Positions 1 to 9,339 of a stretch of 64,000 nucleotides of DNA are shown here, one piece after another. The stretch's first letter is position 1, and the number at the start of each line of letters is the position of its first letter. The stretch comes from Polyangiales bacterium (GTDB taxonomy: Bacteria > Myxococcota_A > Polyangia > Polyangiales > Houyiibacteriaceae): NCBI GenBank assembly GCA_045106895.1, contig JBGCFM010000054.1:1-64000 (forward strand), in the 5' to 3' direction. Under the pieces are notes generated by a model. The model was not told where the DNA came from and searched no databases. It saw only the letters and a list, made by a program, of their open reading frames with translations. The translations under genes and the position numbers were made by a program.

Positions 1-761
1 TGGTTCTGCACCATGTCTCGTAGAGCTCCCGCTTTGTCGTAATAGCCAGCGCGTGAGCCAACGCCGAGGGACTCCGCCACCGTGATCTGCACGGATTCAA
101 TACGGTCTCGGTTCCAGCTGCTCTCGATGAGTGCGTTGGCGAGGCGGTACGTCAGCACGTTCTGAACGGCGTATTTGCCCAGATAGTGGTCGATTCGATA
201 GATCTGCGTCTCGTCGAAGTGCTCATGAAGCGTTCGGTTGAGCAGGCGCGCAGTCTCGAGGTTTCGGCCAAAGGGCTTCTCAACAACGATTCGCTGCCAG
301 CACTCCGTGTGCTCGGTGCCGTCGGCGTGGGCACGGGAGATATTCATCCCTGCCTCGCTCAAGCGTTCCGCGGTCTGTGCAAAAATGCGAGGCGGCAGCG
401 CGAGGTAGAAGACGCGATTGTCCCCGATGTCGTGCTCTTCGGCGATGGCGTCGAGCTCCTTCTTGAGCCGATGCATCTCCGGGTCGGCGTCACCTTCACG
501 GTCCCCGATGTACGCGTAGTGAAGGCGGTCCAAGACTGCCTTCGAGGTCGGCTCATCGACTCGGTACTCCGTGAGGTGATCACGAATCGTAGCATCGTAG
601 TGTTCCCGCTCCTCCGCCGAGCGACCCACACCGACAATGCGCGTCTTTGGGTGCGCGTGCCCGTTGTGGAGGAGGCGTGCGAGGGAAGGGAGGAGCTTCC
701 GGCGCGCCAGGTCGCCGGTGCCGCCAAAGATGACGAAGAGACAAGGTTCCGCGATGGCCAT
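1..761 (-). CDS. zwf: Glucose-6-phosphate 1-dehydrogenase (runs off the window start; 3' part missing)
   Basis: Not in the ORF track; translated by hand. Starts MAIAEPCLFVIFGGTGDLARRKLLPSL (Rossmann GxxGDLA) and contains RIVVEKPFG, YRIDHYLGK and GYYDKAGALRDMVQN. Confidence 0.95.
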   Translation of the reverse strand, partial: MAIAEPCLFVIFGGTGDLARRKLLPSLARLLHNGHAHPKTRIVGVGRSAEEREHYDATIRDHLTEYRVDEPTSKAVLDRLHYAYIGDREGDADPEMHRLKKELDAIAEEHDIGDNRVFYLALPPRIFAQTAERLSEAGMNISRAHADGTEHTECWQRIVVEKPFGRNLETARLLNRTLHEHFDETQIYRIDHYLGKYAVQNVLTYRLANALIESSWNRDRIESVQITVAESLGVGSRAGYYDKAGALRDMVQN

Positions 762-809
762 CACGCAAGAAACCACCCGGACCCACTCCAGCACAAGGAG
801 TGCGCTTGT

Positions 810-856
810 CCGAAACGAAAAAAGGCGCGGACTCGAAAGTCCACGCCTCGTTTCGG
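810..856 (-). terminator. Rho-independent terminator after ndk
   Basis: Minus strand reads AGGCGTGGACT-TTCG-AGTCCGCGCCT (11-bp stem with one G-U pair, UUCG loop) followed by a T-run. An outer CCGAAACG/CGTTTCGG pair is also present. Confidence 0.85.
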
Positions 857-867
857 TGCAGCTGAGT

Positions 868-1272
868 TCAGCCGAAGAAGTACTTGATCTCGATGGCGGC
901 GTTCTCAAGGGAGTCGGAGCCGTGGACCGAGTTCTCGCCGATGCTCTTGGCGAAGGCTTTACGAATGGTTCCTTCGTCGGCTTCGGCGGGGTTCGTCGCG
1001 CCCATCACGGTGCGGTACTTGGCGACGGCGTCGTCGCCTTCGAGGGCGCTGACCACGACGGGGCTGCGCATCATGAATTCCACGAGCTCACCGAAGAAAG
1101 GGCGCTCTTTGTGAACGGCGTAGAAGCCTTCGGCCTGCTCTTTGGAGAGGTGGAGCATCTTGAGCTCGACGATCTTGAGACCGGTCTTCTCGATCATGTC
1201 CAAGATAGCGCCCACGTGGTTGCCTTCAACGGCGTCGGGTTTGATGATGCTAAGTGTTCGTTCGGTCGCCAT
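868..1272 (-). CDS. ndk: Nucleoside diphosphate kinase
   Basis: [23 protein letters not shown] and the catalytic-His motif NSVHGSDS. Confidence 0.98.
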   Translation of the reverse strand: MATERTLSIIKPDAVEGNHVGAILDMIEKTGLKIVELKMLHLSKEQAEGFYAVHKERPFFGELVEFMMRSPVVVSALEGDDAVAKYRTVMGATNPAEADEGTIRKAFAKSIGENSVHGSDSLENAAIEIKYFFG

Positions 1273-1431
1273 TGGCTTGTCCTTAGGGTTATGACCGCCG
1301 GATTGGCGGGGTAGGGTTTAGGGCTCTTCCTGCCCTAGGCGCAGGCCATATAGCCAAGATTGCTTGGGAATCAACCCAAGTCGTCTTGGGCTCGCTGGGC
1401 GAAGGTCGGCGCGTCTCGTATACTTTTGCGG

Positions 1432-3264
1432 ATGCTCAGAGTTCCCTCCGGCGCGTGCACAATAGCCCTGGGAATGCTCCTCGGCCTCCTGGGCGCCTGC
1501 GGAAGCCCGCCGGCTGCGAGCTCGCCGCGGAATGCGTCGGACGAGTTCACGCACCTTCCCCGCGATGGGAAGACCTGCCTCCTCGTGCGGCCGGGTGTCG
1601 CGTCGCCCCGTCAGCGTAGCATTCTTCAGGGGTTCTCCCGCGCCGCGGATATCGCCTGGGAGCCCGGCGTGGTGTCCTGGGCGCAGGTGGGGTTGGACCA
1701 AGCCTGGCGTGCCGAAGCGACGTTGAGCATCCCCGCCGAGGAGTTCATCGAAGCCGTACACGCGATTCACGTAAGCGAGCCCTGGCGCGACATCTGTACG
1801 GGCGATTGCGCGACTCCGCGCATTTGGATCCTCGGTCCGCGACGCGTCGGCGCCGGCGCTCATTTTTGGCATCACTTCGACCATGAGCCAATGCGGTGCG
1901 AAGTCGATCGCGACGGGAAAATCGTCGAACAAGGTCGGACGCGAGACGGGGCGCGCCGCCAGATGCACGCAACACAACAACACGTGCTCATCGCGCGGGA
2001 GGTGCGGAACCCGATCAATGTTCCGCTACCAGGGTTTCGGCATGAGCACTTCGACGAACGACTCTGGAATGTACGGCGCTTTCGGGGGGACGACGCCGAG
2101 CTTCGCGCGCAGGACGAACGCTACCGACGTGAAGCGATGCTGCAGCTCGCCCAAGCGCAGCGGCCGATTCCCGTCGACAGGATTCGCATGGACGACTGGG
2201 ATTCGATCCACGAGCAACTGGCCCTTTGGTCCGAGGAAGCAGCGACGCGTGGCGAGCCGGCGGAGCGGGAGCTGGCGCGCCTCGTCGGCCGAGTCGCCGC
2301 CGCGCACCATGAGGGGCGCAGTTTGCTCATCGCCTGCGCTCGGGCGTGTCTCGACCACGGCTGTGGCGCCGATGTGCTGCCTTGGCTTGATGCTCATCTG
2401 ACGGAGACTCGGGGAAACGACCGGCTACGCCTTCTTCGACGAAGAGCTGCGAGGGTGGGTGCGCCGCAGCGTTTTCCGGCCCTCCTGGAGGAAGACGGCG
2501 TGACGGAGAACGGAGCGCTCGCCGCAGCTATGCTGATGGACGCCGAACCCTACGAAGCCGCGGAGGCGGCGTGGCGAGCCCATGAGGCGCTTCCTTCCCC
2601 GCGGCTACGGCGTTCCACGGGGCGCCTCCCTCTCGCGACCCTCGTCGAAACCCTCGTCGCTCTCCTCGATGTCTCCGGCAACCCGTTGAGGGCGGTCTAC
2701 GTCCGCATGGACACGGCGTCGTTGACCCCGCCTCCGCCATTGCAGCCTCCGTTCCTGCGCGTCTCCTGGCCACAGGGCGAGGGCGGACGCCAGATGCTCC
2801 TCGTACCTCTTACGCATGATGTCTCCGACGCTCCCGCGCTCTTTCAGGACCTTGAGGGGTCAGCGACGATCAGCGTCGGCATCGGCGATGAAGATGGGCC
2901 CACGGAATCGTTGACGCTTCATGGGCGCTTCGAGGCGGATTTGTTTGTCATCGAAGCCGCCTCACGGGCCTACGACTGGGACGTTGTATCGCGCCTGCTC
3001 GCTGAGCCCTTGGGGCGCCTGTCCCGCCGCCTTTTTCCGCCTCCTAACTTCACCTTCGAGGCGAGCGCCAACGAGCAAGCCTTGTTTGAGGAACGCGCTC
3101 GCGCGGACGAAGGCATCGCCTGTGCGTCCGGACGAGAGGGGGGCACCGTCTTCGAATGCGCCGTGTCCCCTGAGCGCATGAGCACGCGACGTTCGATGGT
3201 CGAGGTGGTGCGACCGGCTCTCGTTCCACGCGCTCGAAGGCGAAGAGGCCCTCGCGACCCTTGA
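1432..3264 (+). CDS. Hypothetical lipoprotein
   Basis: Long ORF with lipobox LLGAC. Start placed at ATG 1432, 7 nt after TATACT. No family recognised. Confidence 0.6.
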   Translation: MLRVPSGACTIALGMLLGLLGACGSPPAASSPRNASDEFTHLPRDGKTCLLVRPGVASPRQRSILQGFSRAADIAWEPGVVSWAQVGLDQAWRAEATLSIPAEEFIEAVHAIHVSEPWRDICTGDCATPRIWILGPRRVGAGAHFWHHFDHEPMRCEVDRDGKIVEQGRTRDGARRQMHATQQHVLIAREVRNPINVPLPGFRHEHFDERLWNVRRFRGDDAELRAQDERYRREAMLQLAQAQRPIPVDRIRMDDWDSIHEQLALWSEEAATRGEPAERELARLVGRVAAAHHEGRSLLIACARACLDHGCGADVLPWLDAHLTETRGNDRLRLLRRRAARVGAPQRFPALLEEDGVTENGALAAAMLMDAEPYEAAEAAWRAHEALPSPRLRRSTGRLPLATLVETLVALLDVSGNPLRAVYVRMDTASLTPPPPLQPPFLRVSWPQGEGGRQMLLVPLTHDVSDAPALFQDLEGSATISVGIGDEDGPTESLTLHGRFEADLFVIEAASRAYDWDVVSRLLAEPLGRLSRRLFPPPNFTFEASANEQALFEERARADEGIACASGREGGTVFECAVSPERMSTRRSMVEVVRPALVPRARRRRGPRDP

Positions 3265-3295
3265 TGGCTGACGCGAGAACAGGTACGCCAGCGTC

Positions 3296-4120
3296 ATGAC
3301 CGACCACAGCGCTACGCGCGCGCTCATCGAAGCCGCCTACCAAGACAAGTCACGCCGCGGCGAAGCCGAAGTGATTTCCGCCGTCGAGCAGACCATCGCT
3401 GCCCTCGACACCGGTGCCCTCCGCGTGGCGGAACCCATCGACGGAGACTGGGTGGTCCACGCCTGGGTCAAGCAGGCCATTCTGATGTACTTTGGTCAGC
3501 AGAAGATGGAGACGATGGAGGTCGGCCCCTTCGAATTCCATGACAAGATTCCCCTCAAGAAGGACCTCGCCGCGCAAGGCGTCCGCGTCGTGCCTCCGGG
3601 CGTCGCGCGCTTTGGTAGCTACCTTGAGCCCGGCGCTATCATGATGCCTAGCTACGTGAACATCGGCGCCCGCGTCGGGACGGGCACCATGGTCGACACG
3701 TGGGCCACCGTCGGCAGCTGTGCTCAGATCGGCTCACACGTGCACCTCAGCGGAGGCGTAGGCATCGGCGGCGTCCTCGAGCCCCCCGGAGCGAGCCCGG
3801 TCATCATCGAAGATGGCGCTTTTATTGGAAGCCGGTGCATCGTCGTCGAAGGCGTTCGCGTCGGCGCCGAAGCCGTCCTCGGCGCGAACGTCGTGCTGAC
3901 CGCGTCCACACGGATCATCGACGTTAGTGGAAGTGAGCCCGTCGAACACAAGGGGCACGTCCCGCCGCGGGCTGTGGTGATTCCTGGGACGCGCCCTAAG
4001 AAGTTCCCCGCCGGCGAGTACCAGGTGCCCTGTGCGCTGATGATCGGTCAGCGTAAAGAGAGCACGGATCGCAAGACGAGCCTCGAAGGCGCTCTTCGGG
4101 ACTTCGGCGTCAGCGTTTAG
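3296..4120 (+). CDS. dapD: 2,3,4,5-tetrahydropyridine-2,6-dicarboxylate N-succinyltransferase
   Basis: WVKQAILMYF, DKIPLK and hexapeptide repeats MPSYVNIGA..GTMVDTWATVGSCAQIG..VHLSGGVGIGGVLEP. Confidence 0.96.
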   Translation: MTDHSATRALIEAAYQDKSRRGEAEVISAVEQTIAALDTGALRVAEPIDGDWVVHAWVKQAILMYFGQQKMETMEVGPFEFHDKIPLKKDLAAQGVRVVPPGVARFGSYLEPGAIMMPSYVNIGARVGTGTMVDTWATVGSCAQIGSHVHLSGGVGIGGVLEPPGASPVIIEDGAFIGSRCIVVEGVRVGAEAVLGANVVLTASTRIIDVSGSEPVEHKGHVPPRAVVIPGTRPKKFPAGEYQVPCALMIGQRKESTDRKTSLEGALRDFGVSV

Positions 4121-4219
4121 GGCCGTCGAACTCGTCAGGTTTCGCACGTCGACGACGTCCGGATCGAAAATTCGCTAACGCGTCGCCGGCCTTTGTGCCT
4201 GCAAGGGCGGCGAATTGCG

Positions 4220-4236
4220 TTGGTACTCTTTGTGCT
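4220..4236 (+). promoter_or_regulatory. Possible sigma-54 (-24/-12) promoter
   Basis: TTGGTACTCTTTGTGCT has GG-N10-GC spacing but is an imperfect match to the consensus. Confidence 0.35.
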
Positions 4237-4370
4237 TTGTACGAGCGCAAGCTGCGGCATTGGCGCTGAGCATAACGAACGGTCGAGACTTGAATGAGAG
4301 TCTCCGCGTTCGTCGATGTCGTGGTGCGCTCGGCGCACTTTCGCGTCGTGGCACACAAAGGGAGAACAGG

Positions 4371-4859
4371 ATGAGACTACTACTATGGACCATTGCGACG
4401 AGCTTGCTCTTGGCAACGGGGTGCACGCAGGACACGAGCTCCGAGACGTTTGGGCTGATTCACGAGGGGGCGACGTTGAGCACGGAGCTCGTCCTTGCCG
4501 AAGGGTTTGACGCTCCAACGTTGGAGAGCGCCCTCGCGCCGGGACTCGCGTCAACGCCCATCGAGATCGAAGTCGCCGGCGAACTCGCCATTGCATGGCG
4601 GCGCTACGACGAGGTCCCAGAGCTTCGGCGTGAAAGCGACGTTATCGCGCTCTGGCGCGTCGTCGAACGCGTACCGGTGGCGGCGACCGAAGCGCCAGCG
4701 CCCGTCGCCTTGAGTGGACAAGACCTCGAGCTCGAGGGAACAGACTTTGACTACTTCTTGGTCGACCTCGACAACCGCATGGAACTCGGAGAGCAGTTTG
4801 ACCCAGAGCTGTGGGAGCTCTGGCAGCTCTTCGTGGAATCGCATGCCGTGTGCCCATGA
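4371..4859 (+). CDS. Hypothetical lipoprotein
   Basis: GGAG upstream and signal/lipobox MRLLLWTIATSLLLATGC; acidic mature part. Confidence 0.7.
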   Translation: MRLLLWTIATSLLLATGCTQDTSSETFGLIHEGATLSTELVLAEGFDAPTLESALAPGLASTPIEIEVAGELAIAWRRYDEVPELRRESDVIALWRVVERVPVAATEAPAPVALSGQDLELEGTDFDYFLVDLDNRMELGEQFDPELWELWQLFVESHAVCP

Positions 4860-4945
4860 TCCAGAACCCGCACTGAACGACTCACACTAGTTTTCGTTTT
4901 GAGAGAAGGCCGCGCGTTTGTGGGGCGGTCTTCTTTCGGCGAACC

Positions 4946-6112
4946 CTACGATTTGACGGGCAGCCGGCGCTTGCGCTCGGCTTGCTTTCCGTCGTTCCCA
5001 TAGAGCGCGAGTTGTCCGCACGCAGCGGCGACATCGCTTCCTCGTTCCCGTCGCACCATCGCCGTCAGACCATGGTCGCGAAGACGCCCACAAAAGTGCT
5101 CGACGCCATCCCAATCCGGCGCAGCGAGGTCGCTCTCTTGAATTGGGTTCATCGGAATGACGTTTACCTTCACAGGCACGCCCTTCATCAGCTTTGCCAG
5201 AACGCTGGCGTCTTCTGGGTTGTCGTTGACGCCGCGAATGAGCGTGTACTCCAGCGTGATCCGCCTGCGCTTCGGCAAGGGGTAACGCTTCAGGCAAGCG
5301 ACGAGGTCCTTCAAGGGGTACTTCCGGTTGATCGGCATGATCGCCGACCGGCTCTCGTCAGTGACAGCGTGCAGCGATATGGCGAGGGAGACCTTGCCCT
5401 CGAAGTCTTTGGCGAGTCGGTCGATCTGCGGAATGAGGCCCGAGGTCGAGAGCGTTACCCTTCGCGTCGAGAGTCCCAGACCCTCCGGGTGTGTCATCAG
5501 AACGAGCGCGCGCGCGACGGCGTCATAGTTGTGCAGAGGCTCGCCCATGCCCATGAACACCACGTTGCGTAGATGCTCATCTCCTTCGAGGAGCGAACGG
5601 CCCACCAAGAGCTGCCCGACGATCTCTGCGGCGCTCAGATGACGCTGGAGTCCAGCGACGCCACTCGCGCAAAAAACGCAACCCATCGCGCAGCCAATTT
5701 GGCTGGAGATGCACTGTGTGACGACGGGCGAAGGGACCAGGCCCGTGTCGTTGTCTCCGCGTCGGTCCTCCAGCGCAACATCGGGGTCACGCTTGAGCTG
5801 CGGAATGAGCACGGTTTCAATGTCGCGCTCGTCGTGGAGACGAACCAAGAGCTTTCGCGTGTTGTCCGTGGACCGCTTGCCTTCAACGACGCGAAGAGGA
5901 ATCTCCCCAAGCTCCTCGCTCATCCGCGCCCGAATGGACTTCGGAAGATTCGTCATCTTCTGGGGGTCGAGGACGCCTCGGCCATGGATCCACTGGAAGA
6001 CCTGAGCGCCGCGGAACCGCGGTTCGCCCCACTTGACGAGGGTCTCACTCCATTCTTCCGGCAGACGCTCGAGGGGATGCGCAGCCGGCGCGAGCTCGGG
6101 TCGAGGAAGCAT
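4946..6112 (-). CDS. rlmN: Dual-specificity rRNA/tRNA methyltransferase RlmN (radical SAM)
   Basis: CISSQIGCAMGCVFC (CxxxCxxC), NVVFMGMGEPLHN, AISLHA, EYTLIRGVND and the C-terminal AACGQL. Confidence 0.95.
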   Translation of the reverse strand: MLPRPELAPAAHPLERLPEEWSETLVKWGEPRFRGAQVFQWIHGRGVLDPQKMTNLPKSIRARMSEELGEIPLRVVEGKRSTDNTRKLLVRLHDERDIETVLIPQLKRDPDVALEDRRGDNDTGLVPSPVVTQCISSQIGCAMGCVFCASGVAGLQRHLSAAEIVGQLLVGRSLLEGDEHLRNVVFMGMGEPLHNYDAVARALVLMTHPEGLGLSTRRVTLSTSGLIPQIDRLAKDFEGKVSLAISLHAVTDESRSAIMPINRKYPLKDLVACLKRYPLPKRRRITLEYTLIRGVNDNPEDASVLAKLMKGVPVKVNVIPMNPIQESDLAAPDWDGVEHFCGRLRDHGLTAMVRRERGSDVAAACGQLALYGNDGKQAERKRRLPVKS

Positions 6113-6176
6113 GAGGACACCATGGCCTCACAAGGAAGCGAGTTCAAGACGGCGCGAGGCCGCCAAAATCGGCTCG

Positions 6177-8036
6177 TTATCGCAGCTGCCCACCCGTAAA
6201 ACGGTAGGTTCGGGGCTGGTCTCGCCACGGCAAGAGCACGGACTCCCCCGGCGTGTCGTTCCACGGCCAGGTTTCGGCGTTGAACCCTTGGGCGCGGCCC
6301 GGGTGGATTTGAAGTCGTCCCCGGGCCGTTTCGACCCGGTTGCTGACGAGGTTGTCCCCTCGTTTGCGGCCGACCTCGGTCATGAGAATCCGTGGAAACG
6401 CGCCGCGTGCGGTGAAGCGATGAACGATAAGAATCTCGCGCTCCACGTCGCCAAGCTGCTGCGCAGCTCGGATTAGAATCTCTGCCCGGCCATCACCCGT
6501 TAAGTCGGCGGCGCTGACGTCGATGAGTCGGCCTGCGTCGGCGGGGATGGCGTAGTGGAAGTAGCTGTTCCCGCCGCGGAAAGCGGTTCCCACAACAACG
6601 ATGGAGTTGCCAAAGACATTCAGTCGTTCGGGCGTTCGGTCTTCGGCGAGGTTGACGTCTGCGGAGAAGCGAGCGCGGGCGCGACGCGGAATGTTCTCCG
6701 CCCTTCGGGCGGCGGTGACAAGAGCCTGAATGTTGGCTGGCGGAGGTGCGTTCTGCGTTCGGCGCGTCGTCGTTGATGTCGTCGTCGTGGTGGATGTGGT
6801 CGGCGCAGCGGCGGGTCTTGGGTTCGCGCGCTCACGCGTCACGGCGAAACGTTGGCCATCCCAGCGATATGTGCGGGAGAGAACCGGACCCCAAGGCAAC
6901 AAGATCCCCTGCGCGTCGCTGGCAGGCGCTTCGCGAAAGTTCGACACGTTCAACCCACGGGCACGGCCAGCGCGTACTTCGATGGTGGGAGCGCCACGGC
7001 GACCTCGCACGCGGACCGTCGACTCCACGCTTCCGTTTGCCGTCTCTTTGCGAGTCTCGATGCCGAAGAGCGGCTCCACCGCAGTGCCTGTGAAGGAGAA
7101 GAGCTGCCACAGATCGCGGCTCCCGTCCTCGCCGCTTTGACGCATCACGACGAGGAGCTCTTTGTGCCCGTCGCCCGTGAAGTCGCGGGTCTGGAACTCG
7201 CGCACGCCTCCGGAGCCCTGAATGGGTAGCGCCGCGAAGTCGAAGCCTTCGCCCTCGCGGTAACCTGCGCCATACACGACGACGAAGCGACCCACTTGCG
7301 CGATGGTCTCCGATTGCCGGTCTCCGCTCACGTTTGCCTGGAGCGTGCGAGAGGGCTCTGCGGCGGGGATGCCCTGGGAGCGAAGAAAGCGCTGGAGAGC
7401 GTCTCCCGAGCCACCTGCGAGAACAACGCGGGGCAGCGTCTCAAGGTTGCTCGCATCGACGACAGCGGTGGCGGGGCTCGAGTCGACGGTAGGTCGCGCC
7501 TCTTGGTCGACGTCGTTCATCCGCAAGGCGAGGCGACCCTCGCTCCAGCGGCGTCCGAGAGCACGCGAGGGGATGAACGCCTCGATTTCGTAGCCTCGGC
7601 GCGTTTGAGCTTCGACGACCCGCGCGCCGCGCACCGGAGCAAGACGGCCTCGAAGGCCACCGGAAGCGGCGGCGGCGGCGGTGCCTGTTCTTCCCGGGTA
7701 GAGCCAGAGCTCTTTTGCTGTCGCCCGTCGGCCTGGGACGACGAAGGTAAGCACGATCGCGTCTTCCGTACGTGAGCGCCCATTCGCCCGCACGACGCGG
7801 TCGTCGTTGACGCTCGCCGCGATGTAGAGACCCGAACCGTCCCGAGCCAGCGCGAACTCAAACGACGCGTCTCTTCCTTCGGCGACGCGTGTGCGTCGCA
7901 CTCCTCGCCAGTCGCGCAGCATCCCGTCCACGCGAGGCGGATTCTCACCTGCATCCTGCACGCGTACCCCAACCTGGGCGCTGGCGGTGGGGGAGTAGAA
8001 GAGAGCTGCGAGGGCAACGAGGATGAGACAGCGCAT
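6177..8036 (-). CDS. Secreted protein with a CBM9-like sugar-binding N-domain and FG-GAP/VCBS-like repeats
   Basis: Signal peptide MRCLILVALAALFYSPTASAQ; PPRVDGMLRDW..GLYIAASVNDD; repeats DFTGDGHKEL and DLTGDGRAEI; Thr-rich linker. Confidence 0.65.
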   Translation of the reverse strand: MRCLILVALAALFYSPTASAQVGVRVQDAGENPPRVDGMLRDWRGVRRTRVAEGRDASFEFALARDGSGLYIAASVNDDRVVRANGRSRTEDAIVLTFVVPGRRATAKELWLYPGRTGTAAAAASGGLRGRLAPVRGARVVEAQTRRGYEIEAFIPSRALGRRWSEGRLALRMNDVDQEARPTVDSSPATAVVDASNLETLPRVVLAGGSGDALQRFLRSQGIPAAEPSRTLQANVSGDRQSETIAQVGRFVVVYGAGYREGEGFDFAALPIQGSGGVREFQTRDFTGDGHKELLVVMRQSGEDGSRDLWQLFSFTGTAVEPLFGIETRKETANGSVESTVRVRGRRGAPTIEVRAGRARGLNVSNFREAPASDAQGILLPWGPVLSRTYRWDGQRFAVTRERANPRPAAAPTTSTTTTTSTTTRRTQNAPPPANIQALVTAARRAENIPRRARARFSADVNLAEDRTPERLNVFGNSIVVVGTAFRGGNSYFHYAIPADAGRLIDVSAADLTGDGRAEILIRAAQQLGDVEREILIVHRFTARGAFPRILMTEVGRKRGDNLVSNRVETARGRLQIHPGRAQGFNAETWPWNDTPGESVLLPWRDQPRTYRFTGGQLR

Positions 8037-8149
8037 TTTCGAAGAAACTACTCGTTTGAACCTGGACGGGGAAGGGGGCACGTGGGCTTTGACCACAGTC
8101 AACACACTTTGTTCACCGGAAAATCGATCCGGGTGCCTGCGCGTTCCGC

Positions 8150-9328
8150 TTACTCGCAGGAGAGCGCTGTCAAATGCAGGGAGGCCTCGCGCCCGTCGAG
8201 CGCGTTTTCTTCGGCGACTGCGAGCCACAGGAGCTCGTCACGGCACACGCCGCTGACATCGACGAAGCGAGCGGCCCACTCATAGACTTGCTGCTCGGCG
8301 ACACGGCCCTCGAGCTCTTCGTCCAGCAGGTGGATGCCCACGAGCGTGTCGTTGCGGCTGTACGAGCGTGGAGTGACCACGGCGAGACTGTCGCCGCACG
8401 GAAACGCCCGCGCCGCGCGTTCGTCGTTGCTCCGACCCACGCGAAGCGCCGAGGCCCCCTCGCGAAGCTCCTGCGCGAAGACATGAGCTCGCCGATGAGG
8501 GCGCCGACTATCCCTGAAGAGCAGCACGGGGTGTTCCGCGCCCGCGGCGACAAAGGGAAGCGAGCGATCGTAGATCACCTCGGCGCGACGCCGCGGCAGC
8601 GCGCCGATGGGACCGGCGCTGGACGAGCGAGAAACCAACACGGCTCCGACGAAGCCCTCCGTTCCGGGTGCCAACGTCGACTCGGTCCAGGCGACGAATC
8701 GCTCGCCGCGGATCTCGCTGAGGCTCGGTGCGCCGGCGAGGAGTGTGGCCGCGGAGAGAAGCCGCGCGTGTTCGTTGCAGGAAGAGTGCTCTTCCCAGTC
8801 GACGCAGAGCTCGGCGTGCCAGACCTTCCATTCACCAACCCGACCGTCGTGGAACACGAGCTCGAGGTGCTCATTGATGTTCGCCAGGGAGAGCCCGCTG
8901 TGGTCGCGTCCAATCGGCCACGGCAGCCTGACGCTGTGGTGCTCGTCGCCGATGACCCGGTAGAGGTGTATTGTTCCAGCGGCGTCTTTGGCGTCGACTG
9001 GCCGTCGCCCGCACGCGAGAAAGACGGCGCTGTCGAGTCGCGCTAAGGACAACGTGTCGCACGACGCTCCGAGACGAGAGCGCGAAAGAACACGTGGCGT
9101 GTCTTCATCCAGCGTCGCTCGAAGCGACGCCCGATGCAGTCCATCCGCCGTCGAGAAGTAGGCATCGACTCCGTTCTCGGTCCGGTCCGTGACAAGCGCC
9201 GAGAAGCCTCCGGGGCCAGTCGTCGCGATCACATCACCGGCGACGAAATCACATTCACGGGTTCGTGTCGCATCACAGCCAATGAGAGCGGCAAGGGCTA
9301 CGTAGAACAGAGCGAGCGCCTTGCGCAC
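8150..9328 (-). CDS. Hypothetical lipoprotein (beta-rich)
   Basis: GTG start just after the upstream stop codon; lipobox LAALIGC. Confidence 0.6.
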   Translation of the reverse strand: MRKALALFYVALAALIGCDATRTRECDFVAGDVIATTGPGGFSALVTDRTENGVDAYFSTADGLHRASLRATLDEDTPRVLSRSRLGASCDTLSLARLDSAVFLACGRRPVDAKDAAGTIHLYRVIGDEHHSVRLPWPIGRDHSGLSLANINEHLELVFHDGRVGEWKVWHAELCVDWEEHSSCNEHARLLSAATLLAGAPSLSEIRGERFVAWTESTLAPGTEGFVGAVLVSRSSSAGPIGALPRRRAEVIYDRSLPFVAAGAEHPVLLFRDSRRPHRRAHVFAQELREGASALRVGRSNDERAARAFPCGDSLAVVTPRSYSRNDTLVGIHLLDEELEGRVAEQQVYEWAARFVDVSGVCRDELLWLAVAEENALDGREASLHLTALSCE

Positions 9329-9339
9329 GAAGATGTTTC

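Noticed and set aside
186..887. 233-aa + strand ORF
   Set aside because: Antisense to the clear zwf reading frame.
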